Below, piece after piece: positions 63,901-64,000 of a stretch of DNA of 64,000 nucleotides. The notes under the pieces are model-generated. The model was given only the letters and a program-made list of their open reading frames with translations, was not told the origin of the DNA and ran no database searches. The DNA is taken from NCBI GenBank assembly GCA_030704615.1, contig CM060733.1, positions 68,510,001 to 68,574,000 on the forward strand. Reading direction: 5' to 3'. Within the stretch, counting starts at the first letter, position 1, and each line of letters begins with the position of its first letter. The position numbers were made by a program, and so were the translations under genes. Source of the stretch: Takakia lepidozioides. Lineage: Eukaryota; Plantae; Bryophyta.

Positions 63901-64000
63901 ATAATGCCTCGTATTCCATTTACTCTGTTTGGAAACCACTCCCCCCTCAAGGTCTCCAGCTGCAAAGAACCATTGTCGAAGACTTCATGTACCACATACG
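60951..64000 (-). mobile_element. Second, inverted copy of the 16.9-22.7 kb Gypsy family (integrase tail, 3' UTR, partial LTR 61713-60951)
   Basis: Reverse complement of ~19131-21875 (e.g. ORFs 19685-19975 vs 62860-63150), with ~300 bp extra at ~63405-63705. Continues beyond the window. Confidence 0.9.
61745..62365 (-). pseudogene. F-box/kelch fragment in the second Gypsy copy
   Basis: Reverse complement of 20469-21090. Confidence 0.75.

Overview
This is eukaryotic land-plant nuclear DNA, inferred from GT-AG introns, PLS-class PPR, CIP7 and ALWAYS EARLY homologues. It holds one apparently intact host gene, a multi-exon COP1-interacting protein 7 (CIP7)-like gene on the minus strand (~120-9627, last exon outside the window). 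About 54 kb of nested transposons and decayed PPR(-E/DYW) genes follow. The main object is a 19.4-kb Mutator-like (MULE) DNA transposon at 30211-49585, with short TIRs and an exact 8-bp target-site duplication (CCATCACT). It carries (i) a GCM-like/DDE/SWIM transposase, (ii) a divergently oriented, intron-containing gene joining a ParB/Srx-like domain (DGNHR) to a bacterial-type beta-class N6A/N4C DNA methyltransferase-like domain, (iii) a head-to-head pair of unknown paralogous ~200-aa ORFs, and (iv) about 50 copies of a 22-26 bp palindrome, partly in a strict 53-bp phased array. A diverged remnant at ~10.7-15.8 kb has the same gene order, shared intron positions and its own palindrome variant. 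A Ty3/Gypsy element at ~54.3-60.9 kb has a DNMT3-like C5 cytosine methyltransferase between protease and RT and a C-terminal PHD finger. Other features are two hAT-type MITEs with 8-bp TSDs, and a Gypsy family present as two inverted copies that has captured an F-box/kelch fragment (both copies) and an SFT2 fragment (left copy). All homology calls come from motif recognition by eye; no searches were run.
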